DNA of 34,601 bases from Candidatus Methanogaster sp. (lineage in GTDB: Archaea > Halobacteriota > Methanosarcinia > Methanosarcinales > Methanogasteraceae). This document shows positions 19,382 to 27,878 of this stretch, piece after piece. Each line of letters starts with the position of its first letter. Within the stretch, counting starts at the first letter, position 1. The stretch lies in NCBI GenBank assembly GCA_013572355.1, contig QBUV01000094.1:1-34601 (forward strand). The letters run 5' to 3'. The position numbers were made by a program, and so were the translations under genes. The notes below the pieces were generated by a model. The model saw only the letters and a list, made by a program, of their open reading frames with translations. It was not told the origin of the DNA and did not search any database.

Positions 19382-20776
19382 ATGAAGATCAACAGCCCTC
19401 TGCAGGCTTACGAATACCTGCCGAAGACGAACTGCGGGGACTGTGGGGAACCGACATGCATGGCGTTTGCCTCGCATCTGATCGATCGGTCGATGAAGGC
19501 AGAGGAGTGCCCGCCCCTGCTCGGTGAAGAATATAACGATAATTATAACACGCTCGTCGATCTGCTTGCGCCTGAGATACGCGAGGTCGTAATCGGAACC
19601 GGCGACCATGCGATCACCATCGGCGGGGATGATGTGCTGTATCGGCACAAGCTGACCTTCTTTAATAAAACCGCCTTCGCTTATGACGTGTGGGACACGA
19701 TGAGCGAAGAAGAACTGGTGGGGCGTGTCAACGATATCCAGAACTACAAAAAATTTTATATCGGCGAATTCCTGACGCTTGACGCGGTTGCGATCAGATG
19801 CACGTCCGGTGATGCGGATCAGTTCGCGCAAACGACCGCGAAGGTGATGGAAACGACCGAACTGCCGCTCCTACTCTGCTCGCTTGATCCGGAGATTCTC
19901 GGTGCAGGACTTGCCGTTGCCGCCGATCGAAAGCCGCTGATCTATGCTGCGACCACAGAGAACTGGCGCGATGTTGCAGAGCTTGCACTCACACATAACG
20001 TCCCTGTGGTGCTCTCTGCGCCAAACGATCCGGATGCCTTGAAATCGCTTGCACTGACGTTTGCGTCGGCGGGCATCACCGATCTCGTGCTCGATCCGGG
20101 GACGTTTCCGACAGACGGGCTGCGGGACTCCTTTGAGAACTTCCTGAAGATCAGGCGTGCAGGGATCGATGGGCAGACCGATATCGCATATCCGCTGATG
20201 GCGGTTCCCATGACGGTGTGGGAACGTTCCGATGGCATAAGTGCGGCATACTGGGAGAGCGTGCTTGCATCGATCTTCACGGTCAGGTACGGGGACATCA
20301 TGATCATGCACAGCATCGAGCCGTACTCGCTTCTTCCCGAACTGCATATCAGGGACACGGTCTACACCGACCCGAGAAAGCCGGTGATGGTCGATGCAGG
20401 TGTCTTTGAGGTCGGATCGCCTGACCGGAAGTCGCCTGTCTTCGTAACAGCGAACTTTGCGCTGACATATTACACGGTGGAGAGCGATCTGGCGTCCAAT
20501 GACATCGACTGCTATCTCTGCGTGGTGGACACCGACGGCATCGGCGTCGAGGCTGCGGTAGCGGGCGGACAGCTCACTGCGGCAAAGATCAAGGCTATGT
20601 TCGATTCGGCCGGTTTTGATGTGAAGGAGAAGACCGACCACGGCACAATGATCCTTCCGGGACTTGCTGCACGGCTGCAAGGGGATGTTGAGGATGAAAC
20701 CGGGCTTACCGTGATGATCGGACCTCCTGATTCAGGGCAGATCCCGCGGTGGATGGAATCGAAGTGGGAGTCGTAA
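19382..20776 (+). CDS. cdhE: Acetyl-CoA decarbonylase/synthase complex gamma subunit (corrinoid Fe-S protein large subunit)
   Basis: LPKTNCGDCGEPTCMAFA...CP Fe-S motif, IGGDDVLYRH, YTDPRKP, TANFALTYYTVESD. Confidence 0.95.
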   Translation: MKINSPLQAYEYLPKTNCGDCGEPTCMAFASHLIDRSMKAEECPPLLGEEYNDNYNTLVDLLAPEIREVVIGTGDHAITIGGDDVLYRHKLTFFNKTAFAYDVWDTMSEEELVGRVNDIQNYKKFYIGEFLTLDAVAIRCTSGDADQFAQTTAKVMETTELPLLLCSLDPEILGAGLAVAADRKPLIYAATTENWRDVAELALTHNVPVVLSAPNDPDALKSLALTFASAGITDLVLDPGTFPTDGLRDSFENFLKIRRAGIDGQTDIAYPLMAVPMTVWERSDGISAAYWESVLASIFTVRYGDIMIMHSIEPYSLLPELHIRDTVYTDPRKPVMVDAGVFEVGSPDRKSPVFVTANFALTYYTVESDLASNDIDCYLCVVDTDGIGVEAAVAGGQLTAAKIKAMFDSAGFDVKEKTDHGTMILPGLAARLQGDVEDETGLTVMIGPPDSGQIPRWMESKWES

Positions 20777-20781
20777 GAAGA

Positions 20782-20800
20782 TTTCACTTTCACCCCGCTC
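20782..20800 (+). promoter_or_regulatory. Upstream element TTTCACTTTCACCCCGCTC, copy 1, ahead of TATA TTTATATA (20813-20820)
   Basis: Identical 19-mer also at 23231-23249, at matching spacing to a TATA box. Confidence 0.6.
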
Positions 20801-20842
20801 TTGGATTACTGATTTATATATGTGGGCTGATGTACATATCAA

Positions 20843-20915
20843 GGACTTGCACAGCCCTACACGATTCTGGGCGGACCTGCAGATTCGTCCCCTCTTTTTC
20901 TTTTTTTATTTTTTT
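20843..20915 (+). ncRNA. Candidate small structured RNA (or attenuated uvrC leader)
   Basis: TATA at 20813-20820 predicts a start near 20843; nested pairings GGAC/GTCC, TTGCA/TGCAG, GCCC/GGGC; T-tract 20895-20915. Confidence 0.45.
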
Positions 20916-21010
20916 AACAACCTCAGCCAGACCCCTGATCCGTAAGATTCATTGCTAATCCCGCTCGCAGTATATCTACCAGACCGCGTGTAAGCGACTC
21001 TGAAAGAAAC

Positions 21011-22561
21011 ATGATCGATCCATCAGGACTCCCGGAAGACCCGGGATGCTATCTCTTCAAAGATGCCGCTGATAACATAATCTACGTGGGGAAAGCAAAG
21101 AATCTCAAAAAACGCGTCCATAGTTACTTCCAGAGACGCGAGCGCGACCCAAAGACCGAGGTCCTCGTAGAAAAAGCAGATTCTGTCGATTTCATCGTAA
21201 CGGACAGTGAACTTGAGGCGCTGATCCTTGAAAACACCCTCATTAAGCGACACCAGCCGAGATACAACATCGACCTTAAGGATGCTAAGAGTTACGCATA
21301 TATCCATATCACGGACGAGGAATTTCCGCGTATCGGGATTGCACGGAGGTTGGGCGGAAGCGGCAGTTTCTTTGGTCCGTTTGTCACTGCAAAGGAGCGC
21401 GACTATATCCTTTCGGTCGTTAAGAAGACGTTTAAGCTGCGGTCATGTCGCAGACTCACGAAACGGGCGTGTCTCAGGTACCATATCGGGTCGTGCAGCG
21501 CGCCGTGCATCGGAAAGATCAGCACCGAAGAGTACCACAAGCAGGCCTCCCGGGCGCAGTCGCATCTCCGCGGGAATACGAGCGACCTGATCCGGTCTTT
21601 ATCGCAGGAGATGGCAGAAAAATCGACGGAACAGGAATTTGAGCGGGCGTTAGAACTTAGAAACCAGATCGCTGCCATCGAACACCTTTCCGAGCGCCAG
21701 TATGTGGATCGGCAGAAGAAGTACGATGAGGATGTCGTCAACTACGTGAAAAGCGATTGTAAGGTCTATCTCATGCTCTTCAACGTGTACAAGGGCATGC
21801 TCGCAGACAAGCAGGAGTTCGTCTTCGATGAGCGCGAGGAGGTGATCGACGAGTTCCTTGTGCAGTACTACTCAGAGCACGACCCGCCGCCCGAACTGAT
21901 CCTGCCCTCGCAGGTAAGTGATGTGATCCCGGATTTCCTATCCGAAAGAAGCGGGCGGCGGGTCAGGATCACGGTCCCGAAGCGGGGGGAGAAGAAGAAG
22001 CTGCTTGATCTTGTCGGGAAGAATATCGAGATTTCATTCTTTGGCGGGCAGATCAAACTTGAGGCGCTGAAGAACCTTCTCGGGCTTTCCCGCGTCCCCT
22101 CTGTCATCGAGTGCTTTGACATCTCCCACCTCTCAGGCACGTCGATGGTCGCATCGATGGTGCAGTACAGGTCAGGAAAGCCGGATAAACGGAATTACAG
22201 GCGGTTCAAGATCAGGACGGTCGAGAAGATCGACGATTTCGCTGCCATCGCGGAGGTCGTGCGGAGGCGGTACTCACGCCTGAAAAGGGAAGCTGGCGAA
22301 TTCCCGGATCTGGTAATCATCGATGGCGGGAAGGGGCAGCTATCGGCAGCCCGCGGGGAGGTTGGAAGACTCGGACTCAGGATTCCAATCATCTCCATCG
22401 CCAAACGTGAGGAAGAGATCTATGTGCCGGGTCTCACCCATCCCCTGCCTGCTGACCGGAAAGACAAAGCATCGCTCTTTGTTCAGGAGATCCGGGATGA
22501 GGCGCACCGGTTCGCAGTCGCGTACCACCGGCTGCTCAGGCGAAAAGCGGTGGTGTCATGA
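21011..22561 (+). CDS. uvrC: Excinuclease ABC subunit C (no C-terminal HhH domain)
   Basis: GIY-YIG PGCYLFK/IIYVGKAKNLKKRV, Cys cluster, UVR FERALELRNQ, ECFDISH, IIDGGKGQL, RDEAHRFA. Confidence 0.95.
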   Translation: MIDPSGLPEDPGCYLFKDAADNIIYVGKAKNLKKRVHSYFQRRERDPKTEVLVEKADSVDFIVTDSELEALILENTLIKRHQPRYNIDLKDAKSYAYIHITDEEFPRIGIARRLGGSGSFFGPFVTAKERDYILSVVKKTFKLRSCRRLTKRACLRYHIGSCSAPCIGKISTEEYHKQASRAQSHLRGNTSDLIRSLSQEMAEKSTEQEFERALELRNQIAAIEHLSERQYVDRQKKYDEDVVNYVKSDCKVYLMLFNVYKGMLADKQEFVFDEREEVIDEFLVQYYSEHDPPPELILPSQVSDVIPDFLSERSGRRVRITVPKRGEKKKLLDLVGKNIEISFFGGQIKLEALKNLLGLSRVPSVIECFDISHLSGTSMVASMVQYRSGKPDKRNYRRFKIRTVEKIDDFAAIAEVVRRRYSRLKREAGEFPDLVIIDGGKGQLSAARGEVGRLGLRIPIISIAKREEEIYVPGLTHPLPADRKDKASLFVQEIRDEAHRFAVAYHRLLRRKAVVS

Positions 22562-22632
22562 TCTTTCGCGGTTTATAGTGTGACGTTTATAGCCGTTGAA
22601 ACCGAACAACCCTTCTGAAGTTCAGACTGACC

Positions 22633-23286
22633 ATGTTAGAACACTCAACCCACCCCGGCTACCAGATCCACCTCGCAGATACCGTCTACGAACCGGCAGA
22701 GGACTCGTACCTCTTGATCGATGCCGCACTAAACGAGATCGCGGGATCGAATCGGCGCCTGCGCATCATCGAGATCGGCACCGGATCAGGGATCGTGACA
22801 GCGGCTATGATGCGAGATGCGCCGGAACACCGATACGCAGCAACCGACATCAGCCCCCACGCGGTAACCTGCGCCAGGGCAAACCGTGTGCCGGTTGTTC
22901 GTGCGGATCTCTTCAGAGGGATCGGGGGCAGATTTGATCTGATCATCTTCAATCCGCCGTATCTCCCAACCACACCAGCCGAGCGGGTCGATGGCTGGCT
23001 CGATCGTGCATGGAACGGCGGGGCTGATGGGCGGGCGGTCATCAACCGGTTCCTCAAACATGCGCCAGCATTTCTCGCAGACCGCGGAAGCATCCTGCTC
23101 TTGCTCTCGTCACTGACCGGCATCGAGGCGGTGCGTGAGCGCATGGCGTCGGTGGGTCTTCTGGTGTACGAGGTGGCGAGCATCCGATGCCCGGGCGAGC
23201 GGCTTGTGGTGCTGCGTGGTTCACATCCACTTTCACTTTCACCCCGCTCATGCCAAACGGTTAATACTCCCCCAAAAACAGTTTGA
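22633..23286 (+). CDS. HemK2/MTQ2-family (release factor glutamine) methyltransferase
   Basis: VYEPAEDSYLL, EIGTGSG, FNPPYLP, AWNGGADGR. Confidence 0.9.
   Translation: MLEHSTHPGYQIHLADTVYEPAEDSYLLIDAALNEIAGSNRRLRIIEIGTGSGIVTAAMMRDAPEHRYAATDISPHAVTCARANRVPVVRADLFRGIGGRFDLIIFNPPYLPTTPAERVDGWLDRAWNGGADGRAVINRFLKHAPAFLADRGSILLLLSSLTGIEAVRERMASVGLLVYEVASIRCPGERLVVLRGSHPLSLSPRSCQTVNTPPKTV
23231..23249 (+). promoter_or_regulatory. Upstream element TTTCACTTTCACCCCGCTC, copy 2, ahead of the radA promoter (TTAATA 23261-23266)
   Basis: Identical to 20782-20800; embedded in the 3' tail of the hemK2 ORF. Confidence 0.65.
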
Positions 23287-23297
23287 TCTAGATTATC

Positions 23298-24275
23298 ATG
23301 AACGAAATATCCATAGAGGAACTTCCGGGCGTTGGTCCTGCGACCGCTGAGAAACTGAAGGATGCGGGATTCAATTCAATCGAGGCGATTGCTGTTGCGT
23401 CGCCTTCAGAACTTGCAGCAACCGCGGAAATCGGGGAATCGACCGCGGTCAAGATCATCGCAGCAGCACGAACCTCTGCCGATGTCGGCGGATTCGAGAC
23501 CGGAGATGCCATCCTCGAGCGCAGGAAGGAGATCGGCAAACTCAAGCTCGGATGCACCGAGGTTGACAACATGATGGGCGGGGGATTTGAAACACAGGCG
23601 ATTACAGAGGTGTATGGCGAGTTTGGTTCCGGAAAGACGCAGATAGCACATCAAATTGCAGTAAATGTGCAGCTGCCGGTTGGCTTGGGTGGACTGAACG
23701 GATCTGTAATCCTCATCGACACAGAGAACACATTTCGACCGGATCGGATCGCAAGCATGGTGGAAGGGGCGGCAAAGAGATACGAAACCGAGTATGATCC
23801 CGAGGAATTCCTGAAAAACATCCATGTTGCCCGTGCATACAACTCCAACCATCAGGTCCTTCTCGTGGACACCGCATCCGAACTTGCAGATTCGCTCCGG
23901 GATACCGATAAGCCAGTACGCCTCTTGATTGTGGATTCGCTGACAGCGCACTTCCGGGCAGAGTATGTCGGCAGGGGCACGCTTGCTGATAGGCAGCAGA
24001 AATTAAACAAGCATCTGCACGCCCTCATGCGATTTGGCGACCTGAACAATGCGATGGTCTTTATAACCAATCAGGTGATGTCAAAGCCGGATGCGTTCTT
24101 CGGCGATCCGACAAAGCCGATCGGCGGGCACATTCTCGGGCACACCTCGACATTCCGGCTATATCTGCGGAAATCGAAAGGTGACAAGCGGGTTGCAAAA
24201 CTGGTCGACTCACCCAACCTTCCGGACGGCGAGGCACTATACACAGTGACACCAGAGGGGCTATTCGATATATGA
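23298..24275 (+). CDS. radA: DNA repair and recombination protein RadA
   Basis: Hh[18 protein letters not shown], Walker [32 protein letters not shown]. Confidence 0.97.
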   Translation: MNEISIEELPGVGPATAEKLKDAGFNSIEAIAVASPSELAATAEIGESTAVKIIAAARTSADVGGFETGDAILERRKEIGKLKLGCTEVDNMMGGGFETQAITEVYGEFGSGKTQIAHQIAVNVQLPVGLGGLNGSVILIDTENTFRPDRIASMVEGAAKRYETEYDPEEFLKNIHVARAYNSNHQVLLVDTASELADSLRDTDKPVRLLIVDSLTAHFRAEYVGRGTLADRQQKLNKHLHALMRFGDLNNAMVFITNQVMSKPDAFFGDPTKPIGGHILGHTSTFRLYLRKSKGDKRVAKLVDSPNLPDGEALYTVTPEGLFDI

Positions 24276-24943
24276 TCAAGGCTATTGCGATCGATATCGA
24301 TGGCACGCTGACGCACAATGACCGGAGCATCGACTGCCGCGCAGTGGAGTGCCTTCGCTCGCTCGATATCCCGATCGTGCTTGCTACTGGTAACGTGCTC
24401 TGCTTTGCAAGGGCGGCAGCAAAACTGATCGGAACCGGCGGGCAGATTATAGCAGAGAACGGCGGCGTAATCTCGCTTGAATATGATGGCAAGGAGTACT
24501 ACGGTGGCGATATCGATGCGTGTGAGCGTGCGTTTGATGCATTGACAAAACATCTCGGTGCACATATCCAAAAACTCGATTCAGAGTACAGGAAGACCGA
24601 GATAGCTCTTCGGAGGAACTTTGATGCCGCGGATGCGCGGCAGATCATTGGTGAGGACATCGAGGTTGTGGATTCCGGTTACGCCATCCATCTAAAGAGC
24701 AAGAATGTGGACAAGGGAACCGGACTCTTCCGGATAGCTGGTCTCATGGGTATCGATGCAAGCGACTTTGCTGCCATCGGGGACTCTGAAAACGATCTGC
24801 AACTGCTTGCCGCGGCTGGATTTGGGGTTGCTGTCGGAAATGCGCATCCTGCGCTTGCGGCTGCTGCCGATCTCGTGACCGCTGGCAAGTATGGCGCAGG
24901 CGTTGTCGAGGCGATCCGGTATCTGGCATCTTGCAAGATCTGA
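24272..24943 (+). CDS. Phosphoglycolate phosphatase, archaeal HAD type IIB
   Basis: DIDGTLT, ATGN, IAENGG, DKG, IGDSEND; ATGA overlap with the radA stop. Confidence 0.88.
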   Translation: MIKAIAIDIDGTLTHNDRSIDCRAVECLRSLDIPIVLATGNVLCFARAAAKLIGTGGQIIAENGGVISLEYDGKEYYGGDIDACERAFDALTKHLGAHIQKLDSEYRKTEIALRRNFDAADARQIIGEDIEVVDSGYAIHLKSKNVDKGTGLFRIAGLMGIDASDFAAIGDSENDLQLLAAAGFGVAVGNAHPALAAAADLVTAGKYGAGVVEAIRYLASCKI

Positions 24944-24971
24944 CCCACACCGCAGTCAGCCGACGTAAATC

Positions 24972-27686
24972 TCAAACCCTGTTCTCATCGTAATACCGGT
25001 CCAGAATCTCGACAATATTCCGCACCTCACAGTCCACCCCGTTCCTCTCGAGACCGTGCCTGAACTGGAGTTCGCAACTCGGGCAGGTGGTGACAACCAC
25101 ATCAGGATCGATCTTTCGGATGTCGTCAAGTTTCCGCTCGAATATCCTCATAGAGATGTCCGAATGCAAAAAACCGTATGTGCCAGCTCCGCCGCAGCAC
25201 CCATCCCCGAGTTCGACAAACTCTGATACAACCTTCGCAAGTATCCCACCCCCGTTCCCAATGCCAGCAGCGGCGAGATGACAGGGGTTGTGATAGGCTG
25301 CACGGATATCAAGTTTCTTTCCCGACAACATGCCGTCGTCAAGATGCTTTGCAAGAAACTCGCCGATATCATAAGTGATCGATGATACTCTCGCCGCGGC
25401 GTCGCCCAGTTCGTCCCCTTTTAGCAGTTCCCCGAATCGCTTGAGCATCATGGTGCAGGAGGCGCAGGAGGTCACGATGGCATCATACCTCTCGTCGGCG
25501 AATGCGGCGACGTTCTTCCTTGCAGTCTCCTTTACCAGATCGTACATCCCTTCCTCGATCATCGGAAGCCCGCAGCACTGCTGCTCCGGGATGAAAACAT
25601 TGAATCCGCTCTTTGCAAGCACCCGGATCATCGAGCAGGCGACCTGATCGTCGAAGAGCGCTGATGCACACCCCACAAACACCGCGACGTTCATCGCATC
25701 CGGATTCTGTTCCTGCACACACTCATCGAGTACCAGCGGTGCTCTCCTGATCTTCGGAAGATCCCTCCCAAGGAGCGTTTCTGCCGCAGGAGTTCCGATC
25801 CTCCCAAAGAACCGCGCATACCGCTCGAATCGGTTGTAATTAGATGCCCATGTACGCATCGCCTGTCTGGTATAAAGGGGCGGGCTTTTCTGGGAAAAGA
25901 GCAGTTCTCCAATACTCGCATGGCTCGGGCATCTGGTCGCGCACCTTAAGCAGCCGAGACAGGTATCAAGCATCTTTCCTGCACTGTGTGACTCGCCATG
26001 CCCGGGATTTTCGAGTTTTCGGAACCTTGCAAGCTGTAGAAACGACCTCGAACCTGATTCCCCTTTCAATGTGATCGATATCGGGCAGACCGATTTGCAG
26101 TATCCGCAGTTGATGCACTTTTTTTCAAATTTGTTTATATATTCTGTTGGGTATTTTATATCATCCGTGATCTGCCTGTCGCTGAAGATTACATCAGGAT
26201 TCAGGAGGTCATCAGGGTCGAAAATCTCCTTTATCTGCTGCATATAACCGTATATCCTCGCCCCCCACTCTTTTTTGAGGAACATCGTCCTGAGCCGCCC
26301 CATCCCGTGCTCGCCGGTCATGGTGCCGTTGTACTTGAATACGACATCGTATACCCGGTTCACCAGTTCAGGCAGCAGATCGATGTTTTTTGTGTCGTTT
26401 AAGTTTAGCATCGGTCTGATATGCAGATTCCCTGATCCTGCGTGTCCGTAGACTGCCGAAGTTATGCCATACCCCTCGAATATCTTATGTAGATCGCATA
26501 TCAGCGGTGCAAGATCGGATACATTGACAGCAACGTCATCGATGAACGCATCCGGCTTCATATCCTCATCATAGTTTGTCAGGATCGGGACGAGCGCTTT
26601 CCTGACAGCCCATATCCTTTCCTGAACTTCTTCGTCCTCTGATTCGGAAAAAATTAAACAGACATCATACCGTTCATGAATCATCCGCTCAAGCTCAGCT
26701 ATCTTCGATTTCCGGTCGTCGCCCTCGAATTCAACGAAGAGCGCGCGTGCATTCGCAGGTATACCCATATCGGGATGCTCTGCCCGGACGATTGCAAGAG
26801 AAGTCGAGTCCATCATCTCGATCTTTACGGGACCGAGTTTCTTGATGTGCTGGACTGCATCGCCGGCATCGTATAACTTTTTGAAGTATATCGCACTGAT
26901 AGCCGTCCCCGATACGACCGGGAGAACCTTCAGCCGTATTCGTGTGAAGATTCCAAGTGTTCCGACACTTCCGGACATCAGATGTGCGATCATCCCGCCG
27001 ATATGGCTATTATCAAGCATCGCCCTGATATTGTACCCGCTTGCAGTCTTTACGTCCCTCTTCGATTCGAGACGTGTGATTGTGTCGGTGTCAGCAAGTA
27101 TCTGCTTTTTTAGATCGAGTAATCCGCCTGATATCCTGTCCGGGATGGTCTCTGCTCTGGCGGTGTCGATGATCTCGCCGTCTGCTGATACGAACTCCAC
27201 ATCGGTCACGTAATCATCGGTGGTTCCGTACTTCACAGACGTAGCTCCGCTCGCCTTCGTCCCGATATTACCGCCTACCATGCAGATCTCAGAACTCGAC
27301 GGGTCTGACGGGAGAAATAACCCTGTCTCGCCGAGATATTCCTGAAGATCATTTATTACGACTCCTGGCTCCACATCCACAAAGAACTCCCCATCCTTCT
27401 CCACAGTGCCGAGAATCCGGTTCATCTTCTTTGAGACATCCAGAACGATCCCCCTGCCAAGGCAGCTTCCTGCGAGATTGGTCCCGGCAGCCCTTGCTGT
27501 GACAGGAATTCCAAGTTCCTTTGCAGCCTTCACACAAACGCTAACGTCTTCTGCATCTACCGGACAGACCACGGCAGACGGAATGACCTGATAGATGCTC
27601 GCATCGGTTGAATAGCAGTACAGCGTCGCAAGATCGGTGTACACATCACCTCTGACGTTTTGGAGTGCTTTTTTGGTGTGGTTCAT
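24972..27686 (-). CDS. FAD-binding and Fe-S-binding oxidoreductase (GlcD/Dld-like fused to GlcF-like ferredoxin and two CCG domains)
   Basis: YSTDASIY, RAAGTNLAG, GSVGTLG, GHAGSGNLHIRP, GEHG, CINCGYCKSVCP, CLGCLRCATRCP, two CCG...CxxC motifs; GGAGG RBS. Confidence 0.9.
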   Translation of the reverse strand: MNHTKKALQNVRGDVYTDLATLYCYSTDASIYQVIPSAVVCPVDAEDVSVCVKAAKELGIPVTARAAGTNLAGSCLGRGIVLDVSKKMNRILGTVEKDGEFFVDVEPGVVINDLQEYLGETGLFLPSDPSSSEICMVGGNIGTKASGATSVKYGTTDDYVTDVEFVSADGEIIDTARAETIPDRISGGLLDLKKQILADTDTITRLESKRDVKTASGYNIRAMLDNSHIGGMIAHLMSGSVGTLGIFTRIRLKVLPVVSGTAISAIYFKKLYDAGDAVQHIKKLGPVKIEMMDSTSLAIVRAEHPDMGIPANARALFVEFEGDDRKSKIAELERMIHERYDVCLIFSESEDEEVQERIWAVRKALVPILTNYDEDMKPDAFIDDVAVNVSDLAPLICDLHKIFEGYGITSAVYGHAGSGNLHIRPMLNLNDTKNIDLLPELVNRVYDVVFKYNGTMTGEHGMGRLRTMFLKKEWGARIYGYMQQIKEIFDPDDLLNPDVIFSDRQITDDIKYPTEYINKFEKKCINCGYCKSVCPISITLKGESGSRSFLQLARFRKLENPGHGESHSAGKMLDTCLGCLRCATRCPSHASIGELLFSQKSPPLYTRQAMRTWASNYNRFERYARFFGRIGTPAAETLLGRDLPKIRRAPLVLDECVQEQNPDAMNVAVFVGCASALFDDQVACSMIRVLAKSGFNVFIPEQQCCGLPMIEEGMYDLVKETARKNVAAFADERYDAIVTSCASCTMMLKRFGELLKGDELGDAAARVSSITYDIGEFLAKHLDDGMLSGKKLDIRAAYHNPCHLAAAGIGNGGGILAKVVSEFVELGDGCCGGAGTYGFLHSDISMRIFERKLDDIRKIDPDVVVTTCPSCELQFRHGLERNGVDCEVRNIVEILDRYYDENRV

Positions 27687-27878
27687 CCTATCCTCCGGAT
27701 CGAAGACAACGTATCCATGATCTCTGAAATCTCTGAACTCCTCACTAACATCAATCTTTCTGGCGACTGTTCCATAATACTCTTCTCTATTTTTGTTCCC
27801 TATCCCACCAACCCATGCCTTCAGAGCCCTTAAAATGCAAAGATTATAAGTTCATAAAGCGCATACATCGAGGCATAC

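Noticed and set aside
20821-20940. Candidate RNA as a C/D or H/ACA guide
   Set aside because: No properly spaced box C/box D pair and no ACA after the hairpin
20749-20958. 69-aa ORF across the candidate sRNA
   Set aside because: Crosses the TATA box and poly-T tract, giving a Phe run; not protein-like
23298-24275. Possible intein in RadA
   Set aside because: 325 aa with contiguous sequence around Walker A; no insertion
27683-27852. About 55 stop-free codons in frame upstream of the FAD/Fe-S gene, plus a 30-aa uORF (27775-27683)
   Set aside because: The in-frame stretch has no ATG/GTG/TTG, a GGAGG RBS supports ATG 27686, and both lengths are compatible with chance
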